Source of the DNA: an uncultured Flavobacteriales bacterium
Lineage (GTDB): Bacteria > Bacteroidota > Bacteroidia > Flavobacteriales_D > Sanyastnellaceae
DNA: 64,000 nt
Direction of reading: 5' to 3'
Assembly (NCBI GenBank): GCA_937897625.1
Contig: CALCNZ010000107.1
Span: 12,511 to 76,510, forward strand
The translations under genes and the position numbers were made by a program. Position 1 is the stretch's first letter. Each line of letters begins with the position of its first letter. Under the pieces are notes generated by a model. It saw only the letters and a program-made list of their open reading frames with translations, searched no databases and was not told where the DNA came from. Below are positions 28,648 through 39,000 of this stretch, in pieces.

Positions 28648-30054
28648 TTATAGCGTACTTGGACAAACGAAATTGGTTTTCGGTAAAGCCGTCTTCGAAA
28701 TAGCGTTGTATCCACCCGCAATGTCAATGACATTGTGAATTCCACGACCCTTCAAAATACTTGCAGCAATCATACTGCGGTAGCCTCCTGCGCAATGAAT
28801 GTAGTTGTTCTCGCCAGATTTGAACGCACTCATGTGGTTGTTCAATTCATGAAGAGGCGCGGTAGTGGCGTTTTCCAGGTGTTCAGCTTGAAACTCTGTT
28901 GGCTTTCGCACGTCTATAATGTTCACTTTTTTGTCGGAAGCCAATTCAGCAAAGACATCCGCTGAAATACTTTCAATCTGATCAATTTCATTTCCAGACT
29001 TATCCCACGCCTCGAATCCGCCTTCCAAATATCCCACAACTCCGTCGTAGCCTACACGAGCCAGGCGCGTGATGGCTTCTTCTTCTTGACCCGGCTCTGT
29101 AACCAACGCAATGCGTTGCTTCATGTCTGTGATTAATGTACCTACCCAAGGCGCGAAATCGCCTTTTAAGCCAATGAATATTGATCCCGGAATGAAGCCT
29201 TCGCAAAATACTTGCGGACCGCGAACGTCTAATAACAACACACTTTCATCTTCCATCAATAACGAGAAAGCCTCTACTGACAAGGGTTTCAGTGAGTTTT
29301 GAATCACTTCTTCCAAAGATGAAACGCCCTTTTTGTTCATGGCCACATTCTCAGGGAAATAAAACGGCGGCGGCAATAGACCCGCTGTAACTTCCTGAAT
29401 AAATGCTTCTTTAGTCATGTCTTGCAACGCGTAATTCACTTCCTTCTGATGACCCAACGTATCGAACGTTTCCTTGCTCATGTTCTTTCCACAAGCCGAT
29501 CCAGCGCCGTGTGCAGGATAAACCGTAATGTTGTTATCCAAAGGCATTAACTTATTTCTTAAGCTGTCAAATAAATATCCAGCCAAATCTTCTTTCGTTA
29601 ACTCTCCGGCTTTCTGCGCCAAATCTGGTCTTCCTACATCGCCAATGAACAAGGTGTCTCCTGTGAATACTGCCAATTGCTTTCCGTTTTCATCGCGAAG
29701 CAAGTAACACGTGCTTTCCATGGTGTGGCCAGGTGTGTGCAACACTTCAATCGTGCAGCTTCCAACTTGAAGAATTTCTCCGTCGGTTGCAATGTGTGCG
29801 CTAAATTCTGTCTTCGCATTCGGACCGAAAACAATGGTAGCGCCTGTATAGACCTGAAGGTCTAAGTGTCCGCTTACAAAGTCCGCATGAAAATGCGTTT
29901 CTAAAATGTACTTGATCTTCGCGCCCGAAGCGTTCGCTCTGTCTGTGTATGCTTTCGTATCGCGAAGCGGATCAATAATAACGGCTTCGCCATTGCTTTC
30001 AATGTAGTAAGCGCCTTGCGCTAGACAACCGGTGTAGATCTGTTCAATTTTCAT
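28648..30054 (-). CDS. MBL-fold metallo-hydrolase fused to two rhodanese domains (persulfide dioxygenase-sulfurtransferase-like, CstB-like architecture)
   Basis: MBL motif ETHFHADFVSGH and TPGHT. There are two rhodanese-like modules; the second has the active-site loop HCAGGYRS and the first has no Cys loop. Confidence 0.8.
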   Translation of the reverse strand: MKIEQIYTGCLAQGAYYIESNGEAVIIDPLRDTKAYTDRANASGAKIKYILETHFHADFVSGHLDLQVYTGATIVFGPNAKTEFSAHIATDGEILQVGSCTIEVLHTPGHTMESTCYLLRDENGKQLAVFTGDTLFIGDVGRPDLAQKAGELTKEDLAGYLFDSLRNKLMPLDNNITVYPAHGAGSACGKNMSKETFDTLGHQKEVNYALQDMTKEAFIQEVTAGLLPPPFYFPENVAMNKKGVSSLEEVIQNSLKPLSVEAFSLLMEDESVLLLDVRGPQVFCEGFIPGSIFIGLKGDFAPWVGTLITDMKQRIALVTEPGQEEEAITRLARVGYDGVVGYLEGGFEAWDKSGNEIDQIESISADVFAELASDKKVNIIDVRKPTEFQAEHLENATTAPLHELNNHMSAFKSGENNYIHCAGGYRSMIAASILKGRGIHNVIDIAGGYNAISKTALPKTNFVCPSTL

Positions 30055-30830
30055 AGTATCTCAATTATTTCTTTCGTTAACATATACGTTCCCACGGCCA
30101 GCAAAAGTACAACGAACGACTTTCGCAATAGCGCGTCTGACCATTTTTTAGAGAGTAAAGTTCCTGCGATTACACCCACAACCGCTAGCCCTAAAAAAGG
30201 AAGTAATATCGCAAGATTCAGGCTCTTCAATTCCGAGTATGAGACCGCCAAACCCGAGGCTGAATTCAAGGTAATTACGATAAACGTTGAAGCTATGGCC
30301 GCAGACATAGTGGTGTTTCGGTAGGCGTAAATCGCAGGGACAATCAAAAATCCACCGCCGACTCCAATGAGCGATCCTAAAACCCCAACGAGTGCAGCGT
30401 TCAATGCCAATGAAACAAGTCCTTTCCCTTTGTCTTTCTTCGGATTCAAAAGCTTGTAAGCCACAATGTACATAATGGTTACAAACAACAAAAGCAAAAT
30501 ACTTTGCGTTGAAATTTTCAATCCGAACAATAAAAATTCTTTAGGCAAAATGGGCAACACAAAGAATTTCGTTAACGCTATGAAGACCATCGAAACCGTT
30601 GCAAACAGCAGTGCTAAGCGCCATTCAATTTCTTTTCGACTTTGAATTCCTCCAACAATTGAACTAAAAAACAAGATTGCATAAGATGAAACAACAGCCG
30701 ATCTTAAATCGAACCCGAACAAATAAACCAGAATAGGTATCGTAAGAATAGCACCGCCGCCGCCAAGAACGCCCAACACAAAGCCCATGAGCAGTGCTCC
30801 AAAAAATCCAAGGGCAATAGTTAGTTCCAT
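30051..30830 (-). CDS. TauE/SafE family sulfite/anion exporter
   Basis: Polytopic 259-aa protein with two Gly-rich repeats (GGGGAILTIPIL and GVGGGFLIVPA). It overlaps the MBL-rhodanese gene by 4 nt. Confidence 0.8.
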   Translation of the reverse strand: MELTIALGFFGALLMGFVLGVLGGGGAILTIPILVYLFGFDLRSAVVSSYAILFFSSIVGGIQSRKEIEWRLALLFATVSMVFIALTKFFVLPILPKEFLLFGLKISTQSILLLLFVTIMYIVAYKLLNPKKDKGKGLVSLALNAALVGVLGSLIGVGGGFLIVPAIYAYRNTTMSAAIASTFIVITLNSASGLAVSYSELKSLNLAILLPFLGLAVVGVIAGTLLSKKWSDALLRKSFVVLLLAVGTYMLTKEIIEIL

Positions 30831-30875
30831 AATGCAAAGATAAGGGGGTTCAAAAAAGGCTTGAGGTGATGTTCG

Positions 30876-32582
30876 TCACGCAGGATTTCCTATGCGCATC
30901 AGACGTTGCGTGTATGCATGCGTCGGATGAAGAAAAACTTCTTCAGCACTTCCGCGTTCAACAATTTCGCCTTTCCGCATAACCATCACTCGATTGCTCA
31001 TATGATACACAACAGGCATGTCGTGAGAGATGAATAAATAGGTAAGACCAAACTCTTCCTTCAAATCGTTTAACAAGTTCAACACCTGGGCTTGTACGGA
31101 AACATCAAGCGCTGCAACCGCTTCATCGCAAATAATTAATTTCGGATTGGTGGCCAATGCGCGGGCAATGACAATACGTTGGCGTTGTCCGCCTGAGAAA
31201 TTATGCGCGTAACGCTGCGCGCTATCGGCGGGCATTCCAACCGCATTCAATAAATATTCAACGCGCTTCTTTCGCTCCGCGAGTGTGCTTCCAATTTTAT
31301 GAATGTGCAACGGCTCGAGGAGCATGTCTTCAATTTTTAATTTCGGATTCAACGATGCAAACGGATCTTGAAACACCATTTGAATATCTTTTCGAAATTT
31401 ATTTGGGAAGGAAATATTTTTCCCAATCAGCGATTCGTTTCCGAAAGAAACCTCGCCACTCGTTGGTGCCAACAAACCCATGAGCATGCGACTTAATGAA
31501 GTCTTTCCACATCCGCTTTCCCCAATTAAACCAAGGGTTTCCCCTTGTTTAATATCGAAGGAAATGTTGTTCACAGCCGGAGAAGTTTGACCGGGATAAA
31601 CCTTCGTCAATCCTTCAACATGCAATAAAATATTTTCACTTTCGGAAAAGGCGTAATGCTTTTCATCAAGATCATTTCCCAACGTAACCAAACGCTTTCC
31701 CTTCGAGGTTTTCGTGGGTCTGCATGCAAGTAATCCTCTTGTGTATTCGTGTTGGGGATGATTCAACACTTCCTCTGCATTGCCCTGTTCAACGGCACTT
31801 CCAGACTTCATAACAACAATGAAATCTGCAATCTCTTTCACCACATGCAAATCGTGTGAAATGAAAAGCACCGACATGTTACGGTTGTTTTTCAGCTTTT
31901 TTATAAGCTCTAAAATAGACGCTTGAACGGAAGGGTCTAGTGCAGTGGTCGGTTCGTCTGCAATAAGCAATTGTGGCTCTGAAGCCAGCGCCATGGCAAT
32001 CATAATGCGCTGACGCTGTCCTCCCGAAAACTCATGCGGATATTTCTTTAATGCGCCCGTTGGATCGGGCATTTCAACTTCTTCCAACAAAGAAAGAATC
32101 TTACTTTTTCGAACTTCTTTGTTTTCATGCTGAAGGCATTCCTCCATTTGCTGCGCGCAGGTCATAGCCGGATTCAGCGCTGTCATGGGCTCTTGGAAAA
32201 TCACAGCGATTTTCTTTCCACGCAAGGAAACAAGCACTTCATCGGTTGGCCTTACCGTTCGATCTTCCTTCCCGGTTAATTCACTCGAAAGAAATATTTC
32301 TCCTGAAGGGAACGATAAATTTTTAGCTGGAAGCAGGCCCAATAACGACATTGCCGTTACCGATTTTCCACTTCCAGATTCACCAACAACGGCCGTTATC
32401 TTTCCTGGAAATAGCGCATAAGACAAGGCGTTCACAACAATTCGATTATTGAACGCAACGCTTAGATTTTTAATTTCCAACAAGGATTTCACTGTATGCA
32501 AGATGAATATTATTTCTGTTGGAAAGACATTAATGCATTGAAGAAATAAACATTTCATTCGCAATAAACCTTGAACGACCAT
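30876..32582 (-). CDS. ABC transporter ATP-binding protein with two fused ATPase domains (Dpp/Opp-type). The true start is probably downstream, possibly the GTG at 32492.
   Basis: Two sets of Walker A (GESGSGKS, GESGCGKT), signature (FSGGQRQR twice) and Walker B motifs. The first 30 aa of the ORF look non-native, whereas V/MKSLLEIKNLSVAF is a typical N-terminus. Confidence 0.85.
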   Translation of the reverse strand: MVVQGLLRMKCLFLQCINVFPTEIIFILHTVKSLLEIKNLSVAFNNRIVVNALSYALFPGKITAVVGESGSGKSVTAMSLLGLLPAKNLSFPSGEIFLSSELTGKEDRTVRPTDEVLVSLRGKKIAVIFQEPMTALNPAMTCAQQMEECLQHENKEVRKSKILSLLEEVEMPDPTGALKKYPHEFSGGQRQRIMIAMALASEPQLLIADEPTTALDPSVQASILELIKKLKNNRNMSVLFISHDLHVVKEIADFIVVMKSGSAVEQGNAEEVLNHPQHEYTRGLLACRPTKTSKGKRLVTLGNDLDEKHYAFSESENILLHVEGLTKVYPGQTSPAVNNISFDIKQGETLGLIGESGCGKTSLSRMLMGLLAPTSGEVSFGNESLIGKNISFPNKFRKDIQMVFQDPFASLNPKLKIEDMLLEPLHIHKIGSTLAERKKRVEYLLNAVGMPADSAQRYAHNFSGGQRQRIVIARALATNPKLIICDEAVAALDVSVQAQVLNLLNDLKEEFGLTYLFISHDMPVVYHMSNRVMVMRKGEIVERGSAEEVFLHPTHAYTQRLMRIGNPA

Positions 32583-32613
32583 GCCCTTCCAACTTAAAAT
32601 TTGATTAGCTTTA

Positions 32614-34179
32614 TTGAACCTTAAATCTTCAGTCGTGAAAAAAATTGTATTTCTTTTTGCTGTTCTCTTCGTTTCAAAAAGTGCTTTTGCTCAAGTAACC
32701 TGGAGTGAAAACGTTGCTCCAATCTTATTTGAACATTGCACGAAATGTCACCACGAAGGTGGAATTGGACCGTCTTCACTCATGACCTTCGACGATGCGT
32801 ACAACAGTCAAGCAGGAATTTTAGGTGCAATTACTTCCGGACAAATGCCGCCTTGGCCAGCTGATCCGAATTACCGACACTTTGTGGGCGAAAACGTTCT
32901 CACTCCAGCCGAAAAACAAGCCATTGAAGATTGGATTACCGGAGGAGCAGCGAGTGGCGATTTAGCTTTGGCACCTGCGACACCTTCATACAACAACAAC
33001 TCACAGTTGGTTTCAGTTGACCAGACCTACTTAACTCCGAACTACACCTCTCCGGCAACCAACAACGATTATTATAGAACCTTTGTCATTCCAAGCGGAT
33101 TAGCGCAAGATGGATGGATAGATGGTATTGAAGTTATTCCGGGCAATGCTGATATTGTTCATCACGTAGTAATCTCTTACGACCCAACCGGGGCGGGGGC
33201 TACACTGGATGCGAACGATCCGGGCGAAGGGTTTCAATCTAGCGGTGGAAGCCTTGTGAATGGCGCAAAATTCCTTGCGGCCTGGGCACCAGGAGGAGGG
33301 CCACTGTGGGTGCCTTTCGGATTTGCGCAACGCTTAGAAGCAGGCGGAGATTTCTTGGTTGAATTTCACTATCCAGCAGGAACCTTAGGCCTTTCAGACC
33401 AAACCACCATTAACCTTCACTATTCAGACGATCCCACCCCACGTGAGGTTTGGTACAACCCCATTCTAAATCACGGACCGGGAGTCCTTGACCAGAACTT
33501 CCTATACGTATTGGCCAATCAGACCGCAACGTTCACAGAAACGTACACCGTACCTGCAGATGTTACATTAATTGGAACCTTTCCTCATATGCATCTCATT
33601 GGAAGAAGCATTAGCAGTTGGGCTGAACTTCCAGACGGATCAACAGAACCATTGATTAGTGTGCCTTCCTGGAATTTCCATTGGCAGTTGAGCTACAACT
33701 ATCCGCAACTCATTCACATTCCGCAAAACACGAACCTTCGCGCCGAGGCCTTCTACGACAACACTTCCGCAAATCCCTTCAACCCGAACAGCCCGCCAGC
33801 TTTGGTGACTGCAGGAGAACAAACAGGGGATGAGATGATGATTGTATTCTTTGCTTACACCTACTATTTGCCAGGCGATGAAAACATTGTTGTTACACCA
33901 AATGTGGGTGTGGAAGAACAGCACTTTATAAAGCAACAATTCGATGTGTTTCCAAATCCAAACAACGGAACGTTCAATGTTCAAACGTTCAATGAGCGCT
34001 TCGACAAAGCGTTTGTAACCGTTACAGACATTAGCGGCAGGGTGGTTTACGAATCGAAGTGGAACATTCCTGGCGGAATGCATACACAGCAATTGGAACT
34101 CGATCTTCCAAGAGGAATTTATGTGTTACATGCGGAAGGACAAACCACTCACGAAAGTGAGCGTTTCATTGTAGAATAA
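32614..34179 (+). CDS. secreted CxxCH-motif / copper type II (PHM/DBH-like) monooxygenase-like protein with a T9SS type A C-terminal domain
   Basis: TTG at 32614 or GTG at 32635 (MKKIVFLFAVLFVSKSAFAQ signal). PILFEHCTKCHHEGG is present. His/Met pattern: HH183-184, H252, HMH325-327, MM408-409. The C-terminus FDVFPNPNNGTFNV...VTDISGRVVYES...GIYVLHAEG is CTD-like. Confidence 0.6.
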   Translation: MNLKSSVVKKIVFLFAVLFVSKSAFAQVTWSENVAPILFEHCTKCHHEGGIGPSSLMTFDDAYNSQAGILGAITSGQMPPWPADPNYRHFVGENVLTPAEKQAIEDWITGGAASGDLALAPATPSYNNNSQLVSVDQTYLTPNYTSPATNNDYYRTFVIPSGLAQDGWIDGIEVIPGNADIVHHVVISYDPTGAGATLDANDPGEGFQSSGGSLVNGAKFLAAWAPGGGPLWVPFGFAQRLEAGGDFLVEFHYPAGTLGLSDQTTINLHYSDDPTPREVWYNPILNHGPGVLDQNFLYVLANQTATFTETYTVPADVTLIGTFPHMHLIGRSISSWAELPDGSTEPLISVPSWNFHWQLSYNYPQLIHIPQNTNLRAEAFYDNTSANPFNPNSPPALVTAGEQTGDEMMIVFFAYTYYLPGDENIVVTPNVGVEEQHFIKQQFDVFPNPNNGTFNVQTFNERFDKAFVTVTDISGRVVYESKWNIPGGMHTQQLELDLPRGIYVLHAEGQTTHESERFIVE

Positions 34180-35271
34180 CTACAGCGAAAACTTCAACGA
34201 GAAAACGTTGCTGTATAATACGTCGGAAGAATTTCCTACGTCTGATAACGCGTAGTCGATAAACATTTTTCTAAGGCGAATACCAATGCCAATATTGGGT
34301 TGGTATGTTATATATTCTTTTTCGAAATCCTTTACACGTTGGGCGTTTCCAACCCCTGCGCGGAAAAAAATAGTGTTCGAATATCCGACTTCGAAACCTA
34401 CGTTTGGATCAATGCTAAACACCTTTCCAGAAACCAACGCATTGCGCTGACCGTCTGTGGTGAAGGTGGCATTTCCTTCCACCAAAAATGAAAATTTCTC
34501 TTTGTTGAATTTGTAGCCCGCGCCTAAAATCGCTCTCGGTAACGCAATCTCTAATCCGTTTTGCGGAAGCGAATTTCCTGTTTGTTGAAAGACCGAAGTG
34601 GCGGTTGAACCCAAACTAAAAGACCACGCATTAAATGTTGAACTTGCATCGCGAACCACAGCGCCCAAGCAAAGATGTTTGCCCTGATACTGTGCGCCTA
34701 AATCGAAACCGAATCCAAACGACCGTGCGAAATCTCCAATCTGTCTGTAAATAATTTTCGCTGTTCCTCCAATGTTCACGCGACTTGACCAAGGCTTGTG
34801 AATGAAAGGAACACCTTTCTTCGCATAGGAAAATAAAAAGGCGTAATCCGCTGCGTTAAACGTTGTAACCCTTGAGTAGTCAATGTTTCCGTTAGGATCA
34901 TACAAATCCAATGTGTTCGGAATATCGTCGATTCCAAAACGAATGAGCGAAAAAGAAGCAGCCGATGTTGAATCCAATCGCTTGCCTACTGCGGCATAAT
35001 CGTACTTCGCAATTCCTGCATAAGACTCGCTGTGCATGAGAGCTGCGTCTAGCTTATTTCCCAGACCCATAAGACCCGCAGGATTCCAATATCCAGACGT
35101 TACATCGTTCACGCTGCTCACTTGTGCTTGAGACATTCCCATGGCCCGAGCACCAACGCCAATTTGCAAAAATTCATTCACGTAAACACGCGCTACTTGA
35201 CCTTGCGCATGGATTGTAGCGCAAAAGAGCAAAACAAGGAGGCTAATTTTCGAAATGAAATTTTTCTTCAT
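34180..35271 (-). CDS. PorV/PorQ family outer membrane beta-barrel protein (T9SS-associated)
   Basis: Signal peptide, then EFLQIGVGARAMGMSQAQVSSVNDVTSGYWNPAGL, which is the conserved N-terminal block of the PorV/PorQ (UPF0164-like) family. It ends in an aromatic residue pattern (FSLKFSL). Confidence 0.6.
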   Translation of the reverse strand: MKKNFISKISLLVLLFCATIHAQGQVARVYVNEFLQIGVGARAMGMSQAQVSSVNDVTSGYWNPAGLMGLGNKLDAALMHSESYAGIAKYDYAAVGKRLDSTSAASFSLIRFGIDDIPNTLDLYDPNGNIDYSRVTTFNAADYAFLFSYAKKGVPFIHKPWSSRVNIGGTAKIIYRQIGDFARSFGFGFDLGAQYQGKHLCLGAVVRDASSTFNAWSFSLGSTATSVFQQTGNSLPQNGLEIALPRAILGAGYKFNKEKFSFLVEGNATFTTDGQRNALVSGKVFSIDPNVGFEVGYSNTIFFRAGVGNAQRVKDFEKEYITYQPNIGIGIRLRKMFIDYALSDVGNSSDVLYSNVFSLKFSL

Positions 35272-35309
35272 GAGCGTGAGTGAAACGAGAGTCTTCTCAG
35301 ATTATTTCC

Positions 35310-35954
35310 TTAAACCGAAATTACTTCTTCAACCACTCTTGGAAGTTTCGCTTTCAACAGGTTTTCAATTCCACCTTTCAACGTTGCTGTTGAGGAAGGA
35401 CAGCCTGCGCATGATCCTTTCATTTCAACAAAAACTTTCTTCTCTTCGTATCCCACGAAATCAATTGCACCTCCATCAGCTTCCACTGCTGGACGAACAA
35501 ACTCTTCCAACAAAGCCATAATTGAATCGTCGTATTCCGAAGGTTTAATCTTCGAGCGATCAACATTCGACGGAGTAGAACCTCCTGCTTTTGCCTCTTC
35601 AATCATACCCGCACTTCTACTCATAAGCTCTGCGGGAACAGTAGAAACCGCAATTTCATTATCCATGAGCCACTCGCGAATGTACTCGCGCAACTGCATC
35701 ACAATCATGTCCCAATCAATGGTAGCGTCTTTTGTTACGGTGACAAAATTGTGTGCTACAAATACATTCGTTACAAATGGAAAATTGAACAGCTCCTCTG
35801 CAAGAGGCGAAGAACCTGACGCTTCGGCCTTTGATTTATATTCAACTTGAAGTCCGCCGGTTAACAGCAAACGATCCGCTACAAACTTCATAGACGAAGG
35901 ATTCGGAGTCATTTCAGCATAAACAGAGGTCGGAATTTTTTTTCTTTCGTTCAT
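35310..35954 (-). CDS. NifU/Nfu family Fe-S cluster assembly protein (Nfu_N plus NifU C-terminal domain)
   Basis: The ORF extends to 35996; the ATG at 35954 (MNERKKIPTSVYAEMTPNPSSMKF) is the likelier start. The CxxC motif GSCAGCPSS is present. Confidence 0.85.
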   Translation of the reverse strand: MNERKKIPTSVYAEMTPNPSSMKFVADRLLLTGGLQVEYKSKAEASGSSPLAEELFNFPFVTNVFVAHNFVTVTKDATIDWDMIVMQLREYIREWLMDNEIAVSTVPAELMSRSAGMIEEAKAGGSTPSNVDRSKIKPSEYDDSIMALLEEFVRPAVEADGGAIDFVGYEEKKVFVEMKGSCAGCPSSTATLKGGIENLLKAKLPRVVEEVISV

Positions 35955-36060
35955 GTCACAAATGTAATTGCAATACCCGAAAACATTTACACCCAATGTT
36001 CATTTGAATCCCACTATTTTTGTTTGAAACGTTTGTGAATTTTTCACTTCAACATACAAC

Positions 36061-39000
36061 ATGAGAAAACTCTTCATACTAGGGCTTGTCATTGCCACGC
36101 ATGTGCATTTGTTCGCGCAAGAAACCTTTCCATTCAATGGCGTTCGTCCAAAAGACGTGACATCCTATGCCTTGGTGAATGCCACCGTTTATTCCACTCC
36201 TGAAAATAAATTGGAAGGCGCCACCGTGGTGATTGAAAAAGGAAAAATTATTGCGGTTGGAAAAGGGGTCGCTATACCTTCGAATTGCGTGCGCATAGAC
36301 GCAACAGGGAAGTTCATCTATGCCGGATTCATCGATGTTTTTTCTTCGTATGGAATTCCGAAAAAACAGAATCAAAATCATGGAGAAGAATCGGAAGATT
36401 CTGGAAAAGGCCCTTTAAACTGGAACGCCGCTATTCACCCAGAATACAACGCTTCTCTCGAAATTCAGCACAACGAAGAAGAAGCCGAAAGCTACCGAAA
36501 CACAGGAATTACAGCGGTTTGTACGCACAAAGCAGACGGTATCGCTCGCGGAAACGGCGCGTTAGTTTCTCTTGGAAGTGAAATTCATGCCGACATCATT
36601 AGCACAGAAGCAGCGTCTTACTTTTCATTCAACAAAGGAAGCAGCCCGCAACAATATCCGTCTTCCATCATGGGAAGTATCGCCTTACTTAGACAGACTT
36701 ACTGCGATGCGAACTGGTATGCCAATTTGAAAGGATCGGGTGAAACTAATCTTTCACTACGTGCGCTCAACGCCAACAGCAATCACGCTCAAATTTTCGA
36801 GGCGAATGACAAGTGGAATATTCTTCGCGCAGATGCCGTAGGCGACGAATTCGGAGTTCAGTATATTTTCAAAACAAATGGAAATGAATACCAGCGTTTG
36901 GAAGAAATGAAGGGCACGAAAGGAAAGTTCATTGTTCCTGTGAATTTCCCATTGGCCTTTGATGTAAGTGATCCCGCAAGCAATCGTTATATATCTACAG
37001 CGGAATTGAAGCATTGGGAATTAGCGCCCTATAACTTGGCTTACATGCACAAAGCCGGACTTGAATTTTGCATTACTTCCAGCGATTTAGAAGACAAAAG
37101 TCAATTCCTCGAAAACTTGAAAATTGCCGTTGAAAACGGACTTCCTGCAGACATTGCGCTCGCTGCATTAACTACGCGTCCTGCTCAATATTTGAACGCT
37201 CAACAACGCGTCGGTTCTATCCTTGCGGGTTACGACGCAAACTTGATCATCACCAACAAAGAACTGTTTTCAAGCGATTCAAAAATTCTTGAAACATGGG
37301 TAAACGGAAAGCCTTACTTCGTTTCGAGTTCTGAATCCATTTCATTGGAAGGCACCTATAAAATTCAAGTTGTTGGAATTGAAATTCAAGCGGAAGGAAA
37401 AAAAGGAAAAGGCGAAGAGGTGGTTGTTGCGTCAAAATTGAAAACAACCGATGCGCTTAAAAAACTTCACGAATCCTTCGGAAGTGTAGCCAAAGATTCA
37501 ACGCTCATCCAATTGAAACTTCAGTTGAAAGACGGATTCCCTGTGGGGGAATTAACACTCGATAGCGCTTCATTCGTGCGAGTTTCAGGAAATATTCATC
37601 CCAAAGAAAAAGGTCTTTTGTTAGACCTCACTTCGTTCGGAAAACCTGCTTTGAACATCGCAGTTGTTGTTACCCCACTTCCGAAAAAAGAAGAAGAAAA
37701 GAAAGGTGAAAAAACTAAAACACTTCCAGGAGAAATTATTTATCCCTTCACCGCTTACGGCAAAACTTCACTTCCCAAAAAAGAGAATGTGGTATTTCGA
37801 AACGCTACCCTTTGGACGTGTGAAAACGGAACCATTCAAGAAGGCGACTTGTGGGTGAAGGATGGAAAGATCGCTGGAATAGGCGTAGACATTAGCATTC
37901 CGAAGGAAGAAGTGGTTCAAGAAGTTGACGCGAAAGGCAAACACATTTCACCCGGTATTATTGACGAGCACAGCCACATTGCACTTTCAAGTGTGAATGA
38001 AGGAACGCAAGCGAGCAGTGCTGAAGTGGAAGAGGGAAGTGTTATTTATCCGGAAGACATCGATATCTATCGTCAACTTTCCGGAGGAACCACCGCCTCG
38101 CAATTGTTGCACGGAAGTGCAAATCCAATTGGCGGACAGAGTGCCTTGGTGAAATTGCGTTGGGGCGCAAATGCAGAAGGAATGAAAATTGAAAACGCTC
38201 CTGGCTTCATCAAATTCGCTTTAGGTGAAAACGTGAAGCAAAGCAATTGGGGCGATCACTCAGTTACCCGTTTCCCGCAAACCCGCATGGGAGTAGAGCA
38301 AGTGTATTACGATCATTTCTATCGCGCATTGGAATACGGAAAGGCATGGGACACTTACAACGCGGCTTGCAAAAAAGTTAAGAAAGGTCTACCCATGCCT
38401 CTTGCGCCGCGTAGAGATCTAGAATTGGAAACCATTCTAGAAATTCTTCGCAAAGAAAGATTCATCAGCTGTCACAGCTACGTTCAAAGCGAAATCAACA
38501 TGCTCATGCATGTAGCAGATAGCTTCAACTTCAAAATAAACACCTTCACGCACATTCTTGAAGGCTATAAAGTCGCCGACAAAATGAAAGCGCACGGAGC
38601 AGGTGCTTCTACATTCAGCGATTGGTGGGCCTACAAGGCCGAAGTGAAAGACGCCATTCCATACAACGCTGCCATCATGTACGAACAAGGAATTGTTGTT
38701 GCCATCAATTCCGACGATGCAGAAATGGGCGCACGCTTGAATCAAGAGGCTGGTAAAATTGTAAAATACGGCGGCGTGCCTGCAGAGGAAGCATTGAAAA
38801 TGGTGACGCTGAATCCAGCGAAATTGCTGCACCTCGACAATCGCATGGGTTCGTTGAAAGTAGGAAAAGACGCCGACTTCGTGATTTGGAACAACGAACC
38901 GTTAAGCATATACGCCAGAGCTGAAAAGACTTACATCGACGGAACTTGCTACTTCAACTTGGAAGAAGATGAGAAAGCGCGTGAGGCTTTCGCCGCTGAA

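Noticed and set aside
28445-28738. A 97-aa plus-strand ORF listed in the track.
   Set aside because: It is the antisense of the real tatA gene (28429..28605, minus strand) and of the 3' end of the MBL-rhodanese gene.
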